From Octopus sinensis (lineage: Eukaryota): a DNA stretch of 64,000 bases. The notes under the pieces were generated by a model. That model was not told the DNA's origin. It saw only the letters and a list, made by a program, of their open reading frames with translations, and made no database searches. The translations under genes and the position numbers were made by a program. The stretch lies in contig NC_043020.1 in the NCBI RefSeq assembly GCF_006345805.1, forward strand, positions 16,678,001 to 16,742,000. The letters are read 5' to 3'. This document shows positions 25,518 to 38,000 of the stretch, in pieces (within the stretch, counting starts at the first letter, position 1; each line of letters begins with the position of its first letter).

Positions 25518-25555
<38 letters not shown>

Positions 25556-25566
25556 TATATATACAC

Positions 25567-26458
25567 ACATGGTCTGATCAATAAATATTCGGACTGATGC
25601 CATAGTAACGAAGCTAAAGCATGCAGAGTAAAGCTGCTTGGTACAGATTGACCTTGAACTCTTTTGTGCATACATACAAAGTTTCACCATTCTAGCTCAC
25701 TTCTGCTGTTTACAGCAGTGCTTGGAAGGAAGGTGTGTAGCGTGTGATTGTTCCATTGACCATAACAAAGTTGAGCAGAGAATTTGCATCAAATTTTGGT
25801 AAAAGCTTGGCAATACCTACTTAGCGACCTACACAAAGTTTTCAAAAAGTTTTCATCGTTCTCAACACAATCAAGGAGATCTTGAGCAACTAAAACCCAA
25901 GTCTGTTTTCCGTCAGCTAAAAGCAGTTTTGCCACAAACTTGGCAAACATATGTCTCATACCTAAATCTTCAGTGATAATGGACTGAACTGAACCATAAC
26001 TAATCTAACATCTTCAGATATATCATGGATGGTGATTCAATGATTTCCCCTCACAGCTGCATGCACATCTACAATATTTTTCTCAGTTCTGCTGGTTGCA
26101 AGACTCCCAGAATGTTTGTCAATATCAGCATATTTTTTGGCCATCTTGGAACTGTCTAAACCACTCGTACACTTGTGTTTGGTTCACACATTCCACTCCA
26201 TACACTTTCTGAAACTTTGCATAGTCCTCTGAGCAGGTATCACCATGACAACTTTCTCTGTCATGGTCAATGTGACAATCACACACTACATACTTTCCTT
26301 CCAAGTACTGCTGGAAACTGTAGAAGTGAGCTAGAATGTTAAAACTTAGTGTGCATGCACAGCAGAGTTCAAGGTCAGTCTTTGCCAAACAGCTTCACTC
26401 CGCATGCTTTAGCTTTGCTACTATAGCCACAGTCCAGATACTTATTGATCAGTCCTCG
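25567..26458. mobile_element. Rearranged fold-back mariner (two 5' ends facing each other)
   Basis: About 280-bp left arm (+) is homologous to the reverse complement of the right arm. Transposase HTH remnants on both strands (EQRICIKF.. on +; DYAKFQKVYGVECVNQTQVYEWFRQFQDG on -). Confidence 0.82.
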
Positions 26459-26530
<72 letters not shown>

Positions 26531-26564
26531 CACATATATATATATATACATATATATATATATG

Positions 26565-26628
<64 letters not shown>

Positions 26629-26684
26629 TATATATTGTGTATATATATATATGCACACACGCATATGTATGTACAAGTATATAG

Positions 26685-26717
<33 letters not shown>

Positions 26718-27100
26718 ATATGTATATATATGCACACACACATATGTATATAGTATATATATATAGATACACACACACACATATATGTACATATATATAC
26801 ATACACATATATGTATGTATACATATATATGTATGTATGGGTTTGTGTCTATCTATGTACATGTATGGGTGTCTGTATTTATTTATGCTGGTGTATGTGT
26901 ATGTCTGCATGTGTATATATGTATACATATTGCTCTTATGAAACAATTAAATCATATGGTAGTTTCTAGAAAATTAGCATTGACATTTCTTGCTATTGAT
27001 TATATAACATAGCAGAAACATTTGTATCCAAACAATTTATTTTATGGCTGTCCGTAGTTCAGGACTGACTAGTGTTAAAATCTCTAAGTATACATTGATT

Positions 27101-27158
<58 letters not shown>

Positions 27159-27305
27159 GGTGCAGGAGTGGCTGTGTGGTAAGTTGCTTGTTTACCAACC
27201 ACATTCCCAGTCCCACCGCAGTGGCACCTTGGGTGTCTTCTACTATAGCCTTGGGCCAGCCAAAGCCTTGTGAGTGGATTTGGTAGACAGAAACTGGACA
27301 AACCC

Positions 27306-27373
<68 letters not shown>

Positions 27374-27576
27374 ATGTTTGTGTGTCTGTGTTTGTCCCCC
27401 GACCATCGCTCGACAAGCGATGTTGGTGTGTTTGCATCTCCATATCTTAGCGGTTCGGCAAAAGAGACCGATAGAATAAGTCTAGGCTTACAAAAATAAG
27501 TACTAGGGTCGATTTGTTCGGCTAAAGGTTGTGCTGCAGCATGGCCGCAGTCAAATGACTGAAACAAGTAAAAGAA
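27159..27576 (+). mobile_element. SINE family A
   Basis: Family head, internal (TA)n(TG)n and tail. Flanked by (TA)n. Confidence 0.88.
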
Positions 27577-27602
27577 TATATATATGTGTGCGTGAGTATA
27601 AG

Positions 27603-27649
<47 letters not shown>

Positions 27650-28092
27650 GTGTGTGAGTATATGTATAACTATATATGTATGTGTCTGTATATGTACATA
27701 CATATACATATTTAGATAACTGTTAGGGCTTGTACAAAACATGCACTGTATATATATATTATATTAAGTTTGATTAATTCAGCTATATCTCCTTTTCTCC
27801 AAAAACTGGTTTTTCTATTTACACAGATGAATGTTATTGTTTTTCCTATTTTAAAAAAGAAAACTGGTATAACAACACAGATAATAGCTAGTTTGCTTGT
27901 ACAGAAGTGCCAGTTCTAGACCATTCTATTGCAGAGCCTTAACTAACTCGATTTTTTTCCTACATCTATAGTGTCATATCTGTTGCTACAGTGTTAGTAT
28001 TGTGGGGTGTTTTAGGTGTTGCAATGTATGTTCTTGTCCAGGAGACCAACCTGACATTGATCAAGCCTCACCCTGTATCCAAATGGCATTTC

Positions 28093-28611
28093 GTATTTCA
28101 TCTGCCGTTACCTTCTGAGTTCAAATTCCGCCGAGGTCAACTTTGCCTTTCATCCTTTCGGGGTCGATTAAATAAGTACCAGTTACGCAATGGGGTCGAT
28201 GTAATCGACTTAATCCGTTTGTCTGTCCTTGTTTGTCTCTTCTGTGTTTAGCCCCTTGTGTGTAGTAAAGAAATAGGTATTCTGTGATTACGTCATTCAC
28301 TCCGTTCCATTCTCAAGTTACATCAGTTCAGACATAGTCTCGCAAAGATATTCTTAACATGGATGCTTTCCATGCCCCTCTGCATTGCAGACAATCAGCC
28401 TTGTCCACTTTTTGTAGCAGTTCATGTCTCATGAGCACAGGTAGGATGATGCTAGTGAAGAAGCTGGCACATAGTGCTTTGAGCACATCTTTTCTTGAAG
28501 TAAATGCTTTCCATCCTGCACTGGGGTCGATGTAATCGACTTAATCCGTTTGTCTGTCCTTGTTTGTCCTCTCTGTGTTTAGCCCCTTGTGGGTAGTAAA
28601 GAAATAGGTAT
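28093..28611 (+). mobile_element. Composite: family-B SINE + RTE fragment (inverted copy of 18004-18432) + second SINE-B 3' half
   Basis: 28093-28519 is the reverse complement of 18004-18432 at roughly 95% identity by eye. Confidence 0.9.
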
Positions 28612-29013
28612 TCTACTGTCTCCACCAATCGCTCCTTTTTAACCAGACCCATCATGGCACCTTCTTTGCTGTCTTCATGTTTGTTGTTGATGGCTGGTAG
28701 AAAATGAATTTTATTGACACATTTTTAAAAGCAAAACATGTGTGTCCTTTTTTTCTTTTTAAAGTGAAATAACAGCTGCATGAATTTTGTTTGAAAAGGT
28801 TCTAAAAGTTTCAACTAAAATCTTGCAAATGTTTTTCTCTGTATTATATGATTAAAATAAAACTTAGAAAGTGAAATTTGTTTTATATATATTCATCTCA
28901 AATAGTTTTTTCTTTTAAAGAATGTTTTAAAGTATTCTTTGGAAATCTATTCAACAATGTCATTCTTTCTTTTCTTGCACTGTATTTTTTTTTTCTTGCT
29001 TCTTATTTTTCAG

Positions 29014-29089
29014 CAAAACCTGGAAAAGATGGAAAACTTGAACCATGTAAACCAATTAAAAAAATAGAATGGAAATCAGTGAGAGGAGG
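29014..29089 (+). CDS. STXBP5: Tomosyn internal coding exon, 76 nt, phase 1 to 2
   Basis: tcttatttttCAG|CA AAA CCT...AGA GGA GG|GTAAGT. Reads (A)KPGKDGKLEPCKPIKKIEWKSVRG(G), matching tomosyn KQLKDGKKPEPCKPILKVEFKTTRSG. In frame with both neighbouring exons. Confidence 0.94.
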
Positions 29090-29227
29090 GTAAGTACATT
29101 GTTGACTGCTTATATGTATATACTCTGTGACAAGACAACAGTTAAGAATCATACCATTATATTCAGCTGAAATATTCAACTTGAGTATTTGACTCACAAG
29201 TGTAAATATGTCCATTTTTATTGCAAA

Positions 29228-29611
29228 CTAGCAGTATCGCCCGGCGTTGCTCAGGTTTGTAAGGGAAATAACTATAAAGCATTTTTAGAGAGTTATAGCC
29301 AAAAAATAGCAAAAAAATGGGAAAAAATGATGGTAAATTTTTTTTGAGAGTAAAAAAAGGTGGAGTTGCGTCCCCTAGACAGTTTGCGGTTTGTGTTTCT
29401 GATTCTCGACCCCATGTCGAATTTATCGATTTTTTTCAGAACTGGGGGAACTTTTCAAAATTTTCGCTGCGTTAGTTTTGAATTATGACATTGGGCTATG
29501 TGTGTGTCAAGTTTCATCAGAATCGGTTGAAAGCCGTGCTCAGGGTGAGGGTACAAGCAAACAGACACACAGAAACACGCACAGACAAACTGCCGTTTAT
29601 ATAGAGAGAGA
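29228..29611 (-). mobile_element. Non-autonomous Helitron-like element
   Basis: - strand 5' A|TC..TATATAAACGGCA, GTCT/GTGT microsatellite, 3' GC-rich subterminal segment and CTAG|T. Confidence 0.65.
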
Positions 29612-30379
29612 TGGCTGGATGCCAGTTCTTCAACTAAAGTAAACCATAATACACCTACAGAAATAGCAATGATGATGTTATAGCATTCACCCATTCTTTA
29701 AGGATTTAATCTATTCTGTCCTTTCCATATCGTTGTTGAATTTTGAGGAATTCCAAATTGTGGTGCCATGATTTCCTCTTCAATAACCAAATAAGTACTG
29801 GATTGCTTCCACACATTTTGTTAAAGCCTAACTTGTTAACATGTCATTGTGGGAATCATTGACAGAATAACCATTAGCAGCCAGAGATTGCTTGTTTCCA
29901 AATTCTTTAATAAATCAACATTGCAACAATCACCAGTAGAGCTCTCTTCAGTAGAACCAGGCTTTGACTGATTTCTGGTAGAACTTATTCTTTCATGAGG
30001 AATTGAACTACGTTAATTAGTTTAACATTTTTGGGCCCTTGGCTCATATTTATTGTTGAAGTTAAACTGTCTTAGCAAAATTTCTCCAGACTCAAATAGG
30101 CATTCAGGTAAAGCCTATTCCACTGATGAACAATAATGAAAGTTTAATAATCTTGCAGTATAATATTTGCCATTTCCTCATACCTTTCTATGACAGCCGT
30201 AGCTTCGTTTTTAATTGATAAGGGATTTCATTCAGGGCAAAAAAAATGTCAGGTTTATTACTCTTAGAAATAGTACCCAAAATTGTAGTTCTAGGCACAT
30301 CAGTTTCAATATGTACTGGAACATCAAAGAAATGGACTTTGTAAAGCTACTACCAGCATGCATACATACATGCATACAT

Positions 30380-30414
<35 letters not shown>

Positions 30415-31014
30415 ATATCGTCATCATTATTAACATCAATCTTCCATGCTGGCAAGGGTTGGGTGGTTTGACAGGAGCTGGCAAACCTGAAGACTATTCC
30501 AACCTGTCTGCTTCGGCATGGTTCTTACAGCTGGATGCCCTTCCTAATGCCAACCACTTTACAGGGTGGACTGGGTACTTTTTACATGGCACTAACACTG
30601 GTCAGATCGTGTAACTTGGAAGACAAAGATCCTTCAACTGAGTGGAGGAGTGATATTGAAGGAGGTGGCTTTGGACCGGGTGATGAGAGGTTAGAGTATG
30701 ACAGAAAAATACATGTCTTGCTGTAGAGGAGATACATGGTTACCCCAACTGGAGAGAGAGAAAAAGTAAGAGAGATGGTAGTGATGTATCATTGATACTT
30801 TACCTGATTTGGGGAGTGCCACCAGTTTCATAGATAAGGATACTTGCAAGAATTTCAGGTAGATGATAGAAAGACATTTACTATTGAGGTTTTAATCCTT
30901 TTGCATTCAGATTACTCTGTCAAATGTAATGCACCTTTATTCACATTGGTTTGCTTTAATCATACCTTATATTGTGGCTTCAAGATTTCAATGATGTGAT
31001 TGTTATTTTTAGAA

Positions 31015-31407
31015 TCTATCTATATATATATTATATATATATATATATAAACGGCAAAACGTCTGTCTGTGTGTGTGTGTATCCTTTATACAAATCCACA
31101 ATTTTTCAGTTAGAGAGCTTGCACTTTCTATGGTCATTCAAAACCGTCCAAGGGTGGTCGTGCACATCTTTACATTTCCCCAGTCACCCCGCAAAGCCAT
31201 TAAAAAATCAATAGAAGTGACTTTTTTGCGAATTTTCTATCCAAAACCCAATCAAAATGCCCGAAACTTGATACACCAATTGAATGCCAGCTAGCTGTAT
31301 GTGACTGGCCGGAGATTTGGACAGTACTCGCGTGTATGTGCACATGCACGCAGCTGTATATGCATGCACTAGCACTATGACCCAGCATTGCCGGGTCATA
31401 GTGCTAG
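31015..31407 (+). mobile_element. Non-autonomous Helitron-like element
   Basis: 5' A|TCTATC..TATATAAACGGCA. 3' perfect hairpin GCACTATGACCC/GGGTCATAGTGC followed by TAG|T. Confidence 0.72.
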
Positions 31408-31488
31408 TTACATTATAAAATAAGTGAGAGAAACTATGTCTGGCTAGTTTGAACATAAAACAGAGAGAATATGATATGGCTGGTTTAA

Positions 31489-31709
31489 CCCTTTCGTTAC
31501 TGTATTTCTGTTGAGATGCTCTGTGTTTCTTTCAATTACTTTAAATATAACAAAGAATTTAGTAAAATAACTTAGTTATCATTAAGCTAGTGTTAGGAAC
31601 ATAAATCGTGACTAAGGTTTGGTGGATGATTTTAATTCAGAACTTATGAAAACAAGACATTTGTACTAAAGAGCCAGGGCCAGTTTCAGCCAGGTTTGTA
31701 ACAAAAGGG
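31489..31709. mobile_element. piggyBac-like MITE (221 bp)
   Basis: TTAA TSD at 31485 and 31710. TIRs CCCTTTCGTTAC / GTAACAAAAGGG. Confidence 0.85.
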
Positions 31710-32029
31710 TTAAATGCTATAGGGTTAAACCAATAAATAGCATTTAGGTGTGGTTTTTCTTTGTTTTTGTTTTGTTTATTTGCGTTTTTTTTTTTAATGA
31801 AACAGAGATTGGATAACAGGATTTTGTAAGGACGAAATTAGCTCTGAGAAAGTAGACACAGATGTAGAGGTGTAACTAAATAAACCGCATAACAGTCATA
31901 GTTATTTTTATTATTACTAAGTATTTGTTAATCATTAAATCAACTTGTAGAGAATTATTTTCTGTTTTGCGTCCTAGATAGCAAATAGATATTTGATGAA
32001 GACATTTGTTGCTGGTCAGTGTCACTGAA

Positions 32030-32330
32030 TCTCTTAAGCAACTGAAATACATTGAGCTAAATTCCTGTCATGCTCCTCAATAGTTTTATCAATAATAATG
32101 ACATTATGATAGACTTGAACCCCTTTGATGTTAATGTTGATAATTATACCATCCATCACTCTTTGAAAAGTGCTTACAGCTTTAATGACATCAAAGGGCA
32201 GCATCAGCTTGAAATGCAATGTATCTCTCACTGTCATTGTGGAGTGGAATTTGATATGCCAATTTCAGGTTCAGTTGGCTGTATAATAAAGGGTGAGTGA
32301 TCTTCAATATTAGGGAGTGGATAGGCCTCT
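32030..32330 (-). mobile_element. Gypsy/Ty3 LTR-retrotransposon RT relic
   Basis: Frameshifted NLKLAYQIPLH..ERYIAF followed by LPFDVIKAVSTFQRVMD..IKGVQVYHNVIII..IEEHDRNL. Confidence 0.78.
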
Positions 32331-33030
32331 AAAAATCAGTAGTGATTTATTGTTTGTGAGTAATCAATAACAATGTATTGCTTGACACTGATTCGTACTA
32401 TTTCATGCCATTTGTGCATGCCATGGTGACACTCATGGTTTAATTAAGAAGCCATTTAGTTTCTTTCTTAATAGCTATCTCACCAAGATGAGAAAAGTAA
32501 TGAGATTTGGCAGCAGTTGTTTTCAAATCATTATATAGGTGGGGAAAAGTGTGAGGTGGCACCATCGACATGGGAACAAGTTGAGCATTAATAAGATCTT
32601 TTAATGATTTGCCTGGTGTTGTTTAAGAAAATCATGCCTCAGAATTATACAAGAATACAAATTAGGCAAAACATGTCAGTGCATCTTCTCATGAAAATAA
32701 CTACAGGAAATGTTCAAAATACAGGATGATGAAGAGTTACCAGGTTAATTTACAGACATTGTCAAAATGTTGGGAGTAAGAGATTCTTGCAAGCATCCTC
32801 ATCTATGAAACTGGTGACATTCCCTGGATTGAGTAAAGCATCAATATATTACTTAGCTCAACCCACTCTCTCTCTCTCATACACACACACACACACACAC
32901 ATACTATATATATATATATTTATATATATAATTTAAAATTTAATAAGGGTAGAAATTGATATTAATCAATTAAAACCAGTGGCCCAGCAAATTTAAAAAA
33001 TCCGAAGATTAAAATATTTTTACATACAAA

Positions 33031-33191
33031 ATTTAAAGGACTGACCACTAAAAGTGGACGGTCAACATGCTAGATATAGATGTCAAATTGCTATTATCTC
33101 ACATTTGAGGACATATTCTTTGTGAAAATAGCGATTTGACGTCTATATCTAGCATGTTGACCGTCCACTTTTAGTGGTCAGTCCTTTAAAT
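33031..33191. repeat. 65-bp inverted repeat with 31-nt loop
   Basis: Arms 33031-33095 and 33127-33191, 63/65 identical. Both differences give G.U pairs on the + strand. Confidence 0.95.
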
Positions 33192-33611
33192 AATATAATA
33201 TAAAATAAGAACACAAATGGGTTAAAGGCTTGCTACAGCTGTTTCGGATGCATTTCTTTTTTATGAATAGTTCAATTTCATCATGACAAACAAAATTTTC
33301 TTCAGGTGAATTAGAACTTCAAAATTTAGTTCAAAGAAAAAATACCCAGATGTGGACTGTGAATTGATCTCTCATTTCAGCATCAATAAAGAGAGTAAAG
33401 ATATACCGAGATTTAGCCAGATTTCATAGGCCCTAAGGTCATAAAACAATCAATGTACAACTCCATGTTAAATTATTTCTTTGAATTGATGGTCAGAGAT
33501 AAAAGATAAGAGAAAGACAGAAAGAAATAGAGAAGAGAGGTTAGATTAAGAGTTATCAGTCAAGAACAAATGTCCTGGTGCCAAAAGAGAATATATATAT
33601 ATATATATATA

Positions 33612-34022
33612 GGCACAGGCACGATGGTGAGGTAAGCAGCATGCTTCCCAACTACATGATTCCGGGTTCAGTCCCACTGCATGGCACCTTAGTCAAGTGT
33701 CTTCTACAATAGCCTCAGGCCAACCAAAGCCTTGTGAGTGGATCTGATAGATGGAAACTAAAAGAAGCCCATCATATATATATGTATATATTTATGTGTG
33801 TGTGACTTTGTGTTTGTGTTTGCCCCACTACCACCATCGCTTGACAACCGATGTTGATGTGTTTATGTCCTCATAACTTAGAAGTTCAGCAAAAGACACC
33901 AATAGAGTAAGTACTAGGCTTACAAAGAATGTGTCCTGGGGTCAATTTCTTTGACAAAAACCTCTTTAAGGCGGTGCTCCAGCATGGCCGCAGTCAAATG
34001 ACTGAAACGAGTAAAAGAATAA
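33612..34022 (+). mobile_element. SINE family A (diverged)
   Basis: Family head after (TA)n and conserved tail. Confidence 0.82.
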
Positions 34023-34031
34023 ACCTTTTCA

Positions 34032-34191
34032 CAGTGGTTCCCAACATTCTTATTTAAATGAGTTTTCCCATGGACTGATTTTAATCTGCTTATCCTTATG
34101 TATACATGAAATTTTGAATTTAGTTCCTGGACCCCCAGTACTACCTTTGCAGACCACCAGGGGTTCATGGGCCCCAGGCTGGGAACCACTG
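34032..34191. mobile_element. hAT/Charlie-like MITE
   Basis: TIRs CAGTGGTTCCCAAC / GCTGGGAACCACTG. No clear 8-bp TSD. Confidence 0.65.
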
Positions 34192-34519
34192 ATATAAATC
34201 ATCATCTAGTGTCTGTTTTCCATGCTGACATGGGTAAGATGATTTGACTGAGGCTGAAAAGCTGGAGAACTACACTAAGATCCAGTTTATTTTTGGCTTG
34301 ATTTCTGTGGCCAAAGCTCTTCCAAATGCCGACCATTCTGGAGACTGTATCAGGTGTCTATTATGTATCACTGGCACAGCTGCTTTTATATGTCACCAGC
34401 ACTGGTCATTACTCCAATTTCACGTAGCTTGATGTGTCTTCTCAAGCACAGCAAATCGCTAAAAGTCTTAGTCATTTGTCATCTCTTCCATAATATACAA
34501 CATATATATTCTAAAACCC

Positions 34520-34845
34520 CCTTTGGTCATGACACAGACCGTGAGATTGCACCTAGAAAGTTACCCTCCCAGGCACAAATCCAGGCAAGGTTGTTTTATG
34601 GAAGACCAGCAGTCGCCCATGCATACCAGCCTCTCCTCTCCATGCCACCAATGTAATCCAAGGGTAAGGCCAATACAGCTTGGCACCAGTGACATCGCAA
34701 CTCATTTCTACATCTGAGTGAACTGGAGCAACGTGAAATAAAGTGTCTTGCTCAAGAACACAACGCACAGCCCAGTCTGGGATTCGAGCTCACAACATCA
34801 CGATCGTAAGCTCGACGCTCTAACCACTGAGCCATGCGCCTTCAC
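34520..34845 (-). mobile_element. tRNA-derived SINE (family C-related head)
   Basis: - strand GGCGCATGGCTCAGTGGTTAGAGCG...GCTCGAATCCC then TTGAGCAAGACACTT core. Confidence 0.8.
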
Positions 34846-34850
34846 AAGTA

Positions 34851-34881
<31 letters not shown>

Positions 34882-35552
34882 GCTGGTAGTACTTTACCAA
34901 GTCCATTTCTTTGATGTGCTCTTGTAGTAAAGACTGTGTATGCTGGTTGCTGGTTTAGTATTTTTATTTCATGGTTGTCATTGTGAAAAAATGTCCAAGC
35001 TTTTTGTGGCTGTGCATTGGTTTTGTTCTTTTTCTCAGTAAACAGAATTGTCATGAAAGTGGCCAGCACAAAAAAAAAAAGAGACTTTGCATCTTCATTA
35101 GATACTTATATGATTAACAGGAATTTTCTGTAGAAACTTTCTAAATATATTTCTATATTTAAAATCTGTTTTTACCTCAAAATATTGTGATTTTATGGAC
35201 CATTCTTCAAATCGCAATCACACGAAGTTATTCATTTACCTTCATATTATTTCAGTTGTTTCTTTGACAACTACGAATAGCCATTTACACACACACACAT
35301 ACATATGTTGTATATACATATACACACATGCATACTCACACACAGACATGTATGTGTGTGTGTATATATATGTATGTTTCCTTGTTTGATTTTATGTTTT
35401 CATCTCTCGTTGTGTTCTACATTTATTTGTGGTGTCCTGTACTCATATATATATATATATATATATGCATGTATATATATATGTAGATGTAAGTATGTAC
35501 ATATATGTATGCATATATGCATATATTTTATTTATTTATTATATTTTATATA

Positions 35553-35631
<79 letters not shown>

Positions 35632-36777
35632 TATGTTGTCAAATTGTAAATCTCCTAATTAAATTAGTTGATTATTAGATTAATGTAAATCAAAGCTGGT
35701 TAGATATGTCCATTGCTTTTTATATTATTTTTCACAAGCTGAACAGAAATATTTCTATATCATTTCTATAAGTTTTCAATGATTTCTTCTCAAGTTGGCA
35801 ACAAACCGTATTTGAAGACAGTTATATATATATATTTATTTATTTATTTATTTATTTCTGTGTCCTTCTCTCCTCCCCCAATAAATCATTCCATTGACTC
35901 GTGGTTGATGCTTTTAACTATTGTTTTTTTTTTCCTCTCTGTTTCGCTTGTTTCTTTTGTATGTTTATTTTTGTTTTTGTCTCATGTCATTAGTTCTGCT
36001 TTACATAGACACAACTACAGATAGATGGCAGTTAATGACCTAACTTAACACAAAACACTGGCTACTACTTCCAAGTAATTGATATTTTCACAGCAGTCTG
36101 CAATTAGGTAGTCTATTATCGTTGTTCTCACCAAAGAGCTGAAACCATATTCATTCTTATCAACCATTACCATCTAACTCACTAGAAACAACATTCCATA
36201 TATTATATTGCTGTTTTTTCTTTCTTTTCTTTTGTATTTTTTTTATTGTTTTATATTAAGTTTGCTAAGTCCATCTTAGTTGTGTATTGAATAAAGTAAA
36301 TGATACATGCTGAGAAGTGATTGAGCTGTCACTTCAGCAAAAACAATTCTTAATTTGAATATCTGGAGATCTGTCATAACGCAGAAGCAGAAATTAGAGC
36401 TTGTTTTGTTTTGAGGGGCGTTTATTTGTTTAGTTGTAGTTGTTTTCTTGGGTTTCTGTTTTTTTTTTTTGCTTATTTTTTTTTTGGGGGGGGGGTCTTG
36501 TTATTTTTGTTTGTTTCTCCCTAGAAAATTAAAATATAAAGAAAACGAGGGAAATTAAGGACAGTTTTCTAAGATTTGACATGAACGTAATTCCTGTTGG
36601 AAACTAACTTGGGTGTCAGATAGAAACACAGAAAAAAAATATTGGTGTGGTACTCACCATATAATGTTTAATTGGGTACAATTATTTAGGATCTTTAAAT
36701 ATCTTTACCTGTCATGAAATCAGGAATAACATAAATACATATATATGTGTATGGATATATGTGTATATATATATATA

Positions 36778-37147
36778 GGAGTGGCTGTGTGGTAAGTAGC
36801 TTGCTTACAAACCACATGTTTCCGGGTTCATTCCCACTGCGTAGCACCTTGGGCAAGTGTCTTCTACTATAGCCTTGAGCCAACCAAACCCTTGTGAGTG
36901 GATCTGGTAGACGAAAACTGAAAGAAGTCTGTCGTATATGTTTGTGTGTCTGTTTGTCCCCCCAACATCGCTTGACAACCGATGCTGGTGTATTTACGTC
37001 CCTGTAACTTAGCGGTTTGGCAAAAGAGGCCGATAGAATAAGTACTAAGCATCCAAAGAATAGGTTCTGAGTTCGATTTGCTCAACTAAAGGCAGTGCTC
37101 CAGCATGGCCACAGTCAAATGACTGAAACAAGTAAAAGAGTAAAGAG
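36778..37147 (+). mobile_element. SINE family A
   Basis: Family sequence after (TA)n. Confidence 0.88.
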
Positions 37148-37580
37148 TATACACGTATACATATAGTCATGGCTAGAAGTCTGGAATATTTTTTTTTATA
37201 TTAAAATTGTTATACCCACCATATCACTTTGACCATTTAATATAAAAATTCTAATTTTCATACCTATGTTCCAAACATTTTGCCACGACTGTGCGTGTGT
37301 GTGTGTTGCATTTATGGTTGTGAGATTGTCGTTTTGATTCCCATTTTGGTGCTGCATTGTGTTCTTGAGTAGAGCACTTCATTTCTCATTGCTCCAGTTC
37401 ACTCAACCATAAATGGGTAGCTCTGTGACAAATTGACATCCTGTTCAGACAGGGCACGTTGACCTGAGCACATAGCCAGTGGGGTGACATCGTTCAAAAG
37501 CTATAATCATGTGAGGAAGCACTTGTAACCAGTGCTGTCTGTATAACAGCATCCTAAAGTCAGGTCAATACAGTAATGTG

Positions 37581-37624
<44 letters not shown>

Positions 37625-38000
37625 GGCGCAGGAGTGGCTGTGTGGTAAGTAGCTTGCTTACCAACCACATGGTTCCGGGTTCAGTCCCACTACGTGGCAC
37701 TTTGGAAAGGGTCTTGTACTATAGCCTCAGGCTGACCAAAGCCTTGTGAGTGGATTTGGTAGGCGGAAACTGAAAGGAGCCCGTCGTATGTATGTATGTG
37801 TTTGTGTGCCTGTGTTTGTACCACCCAACATCGCTTGACAACCGATTTTGGTGCGTTTACGTCCCCGTAACTTAGCGGTTCGGTAAAAGAGACCAATAGA
37901 ATAAGTACTAGGCTTACGAGGAATAAGTTCTGGGGTCGATTTGCTCGACTAAAGGCAGTGCTCCAGCATGGCCTCAGTCAAATGACTGAAACAAGTAAAA
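37625..38000 (+). mobile_element. SINE family A
   Basis: Family sequence with (TA)n on both flanks. Confidence 0.88.

Noticed and set aside
29690-30360. Coding-like - strand stretch suggesting a processed pseudogene
   Set aside because: It needs several frameshifts and stops, and I cannot recognise a parent protein. BLASTx would be needed.
33100-33145. Hammerhead-like reading of the hairpin loop (UUGAGGA...GAAA)
   Set aside because: Stem II base and stem I do not pair convincingly.
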